A DNA stretch of 63,530 nt, counting the filler. It is 5 parts of 5 records of this genome, joined end to end, with 100 filler letters (N's around TTAATTAATTAA, not from the genome) between each part and the next. Parts side by side here need not be neighbours in the genome. Positions count along the whole stretch, not along the records: positions 58,217 to 63,530 come from SRR20825019_1061; 4 more parts are not named here. One strand, written 5' to 3'. The position numbers and the translations under genes are program-made. The notes under the pieces are model-generated. The model was not told the DNA's origin. It saw nothing but the letters and a program-made list of their open reading frames with translations, and did not search any database. Positions 62,178-63,530 of the stretch are shown here, one piece after another (position 1 is the stretch's first letter; each line of letters starts with the position of its first letter).

Positions 62178-63530
62178 CCCTTGACCCTGTCATGAGTGCG
62201 GAACGCACTCGCAGGCTGGTGGACGATCTGCGCGCCAAACCAGCGGAAACCACATGGATCGAGTTCAAGGAAAACAATGCTGACGGACCGTTGATCGGCA
62301 AGCTGATCTCGGCCTTGTCCAATGCCGCACGTCTGGCCGATCAGCACTTTGCCTATGTGGTTTGGGGGGTGCGAGACGGTGATCATGCGGCTGTCGGCAC
62401 GGTTTTTGAGCCGACAGTGAAGAAGGAGAAGGGGCAGCCGCTCGAACTGTGGATTGCGAACCACCTGTCGCCAAGCATCGAGTTTCGTTTCGAAGAAGTC
62501 GATCACGATGGGGGGCGCCTGATCCTGCTGACCATCCCCGCCGCCGCAACCGCCCCGGTAGAATTTGACCGCACAGCCTATTTGCGCATCGGCAGCGCCA
62601 CGCCGCGCCTCTCCGACCATCCGGAACGCCTGCGTTCCCTCTGGGCCAAGTTGCAGCCCTACGCTTGGGAGACAGGGGTCGCGGCGCAGTTCCTAACCGG
62701 CGACGACGTTCTTGAGCGGCTGAATTACGCCAACTACTTCGATCTTACGGGCCAGCCCTTGCCGGATAACAGGCAGGGGATCTTCGACAGGCTATTGGCG
62801 GATCGCCTGATCCAGAAAGATGTAAGCGACCGTTGGAACATCACCAATCTGGGTGCAATCCTGTATGCCAAGAAACTTGCCGATTTCGGCCCCTCTGTAG
62901 AGCGCAAAGGCGTCCGTTTCGTGGCCTATGCCGGCACCGGACGTGCAGATGACGTGAGCCACCGCCAGGATGGCCAGCGCGGCTATGCAGCGGGTTTTCA
63001 GGGGCTGGTGGACTATATCGACGGCCTTCTGCCTCGCAACGAACTGATCGGAAAAGCATTCCGCGAAGAGCGACCACTTTATCCGTCGATCGCGATCCGC
63101 GAATTGATCGCCAACGCATTGATCCACCAAGACATGACAATCACCGGTGCAGGACCACTCATCGAGTTGTTCAGTGATCGCATGGAGATCACGAACCCGG
63201 GCGCCCCCTTGGTTAGCCCCGACCGGTTTTTGGACTCGCCGCCGCGTTCCCGAAATGAAGCCCTTGCGTCGTTGATGCGGCGGATGAAACTTTGCGAAGA
63301 ACAAGGCACCGGCATCGACAAGGTGATCTCGGCGGTTGAGCTACACCAGTTGCCACCACCGGATTTCCGCATGGAGGGAGACGCCGTGCGCGTGGTTCTG
63401 TTTGCACCACGCCGCTTTGCGGACATGACACCGGAAGAAGCCGTGCGAGCGTGTTACCAACATGCCGCGCTCAAATACGTAGGCGGTCAAAAGATGACGA
63501 ACGCGACACTTCGGGAGCGGCTTGGCATCG
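62174..63530 (+). CDS. AlbA_2 (Schlafen-like) + HATPase_c_4 protein (3' truncated; absent from the ORF track)
   Basis: Hand translation MTLDPVMSAERTRRLVDDLRAKPAETTWIEFKENN...ISALSNAA...YVVWGVRD; later AIRELIANALIHQD, ELFSDRMEITNPG, RSRNEALASLMRRMKLCEEQGTGIDKV; no stop seen before the window end. Confidence 0.88.
   Translation, partial: MTLDPVMSAERTRRLVDDLRAKPAETTWIEFKENNADGPLIGKLISALSNAARLADQHFAYVVWGVRDGDHAAVGTVFEPTVKKEKGQPLELWIANHLSPSIEFRFEEVDHDGGRLILLTIPAAATAPVEFDRTAYLRIGSATPRLSDHPERLRSLWAKLQPYAWETGVAAQFLTGDDVLERLNYANYFDLTGQPLPDNRQGIFDRLLADRLIQKDVSDRWNITNLGAILYAKKLADFGPSVERKGVRFVAYAGTGRADDVSHRQDGQRGYAAGFQGLVDYIDGLLPRNELIGKAFREERPLYPSIAIRELIANALIHQDMTITGAGPLIELFSDRMEITNPGAPLVSPDRFLDSPPRSRNEALASLMRRMKLCEEQGTGIDKVISAVELHQLPPPDFRMEGDAVRVVLFAPRRFADMTPEEAVRACYQHAALKYVGGQKMTNATLRERLGI

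Noticed and set aside
1-63530. CRISPR arrays, rRNA/tRNA genes, transposases or integrases
   Set aside because: None was recognised by eye; a tRNAscan/Infernal run would be needed to exclude small RNAs.

Overview
This window is not one genomic locus. It is five unrelated contigs joined by 100-nt N linkers carrying TTAATTAATTAA, so it is probably a metagenome or mixed-culture assembly. (1) 1-25909: a compact microbial eukaryote with ~50-nt GT-AG introns. It encodes NDUFAF7, ADE2, ALG5, a GPAT-type acyltransferase with an apparent dsRBD-like insertion, a DHX29/57-like helicase, C2CD5 and several unknowns, with extremely GC-rich islands upstream of every gene. (2) 26010-39783: an alphaproteobacterium (Thalassospira-like by impression) with a LuxO-like sigma54 activator, cobC, a hybrid kinase with Hpt, an M24 peptidase, a binding protein plus diguanylate cyclase, rodA and mrdA. 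(3) 39884-50802: an alphaproteobacterium with dctM, pseB/pseC co-oriented with a type I secretion pair, gmk, yicC, an SDR and trkH. (4) 50903-58116: Roseobacter-like accessory genes (esterase, ada, MarR/DUF1428, ABC ATPase). (5) 58217-63530: a translationally coupled putative defence operon: vapC, a YeeA/MmeI-like DNA methyltransferase, an unknown HEPN-like gene, a decayed yeeB 5' remnant, and an AlbA_2(Schlafen-like)/HATPase gene. Contig 5 is the best candidate for an undescribed system. All calls rest on motif recognition by eye; no searches were run.
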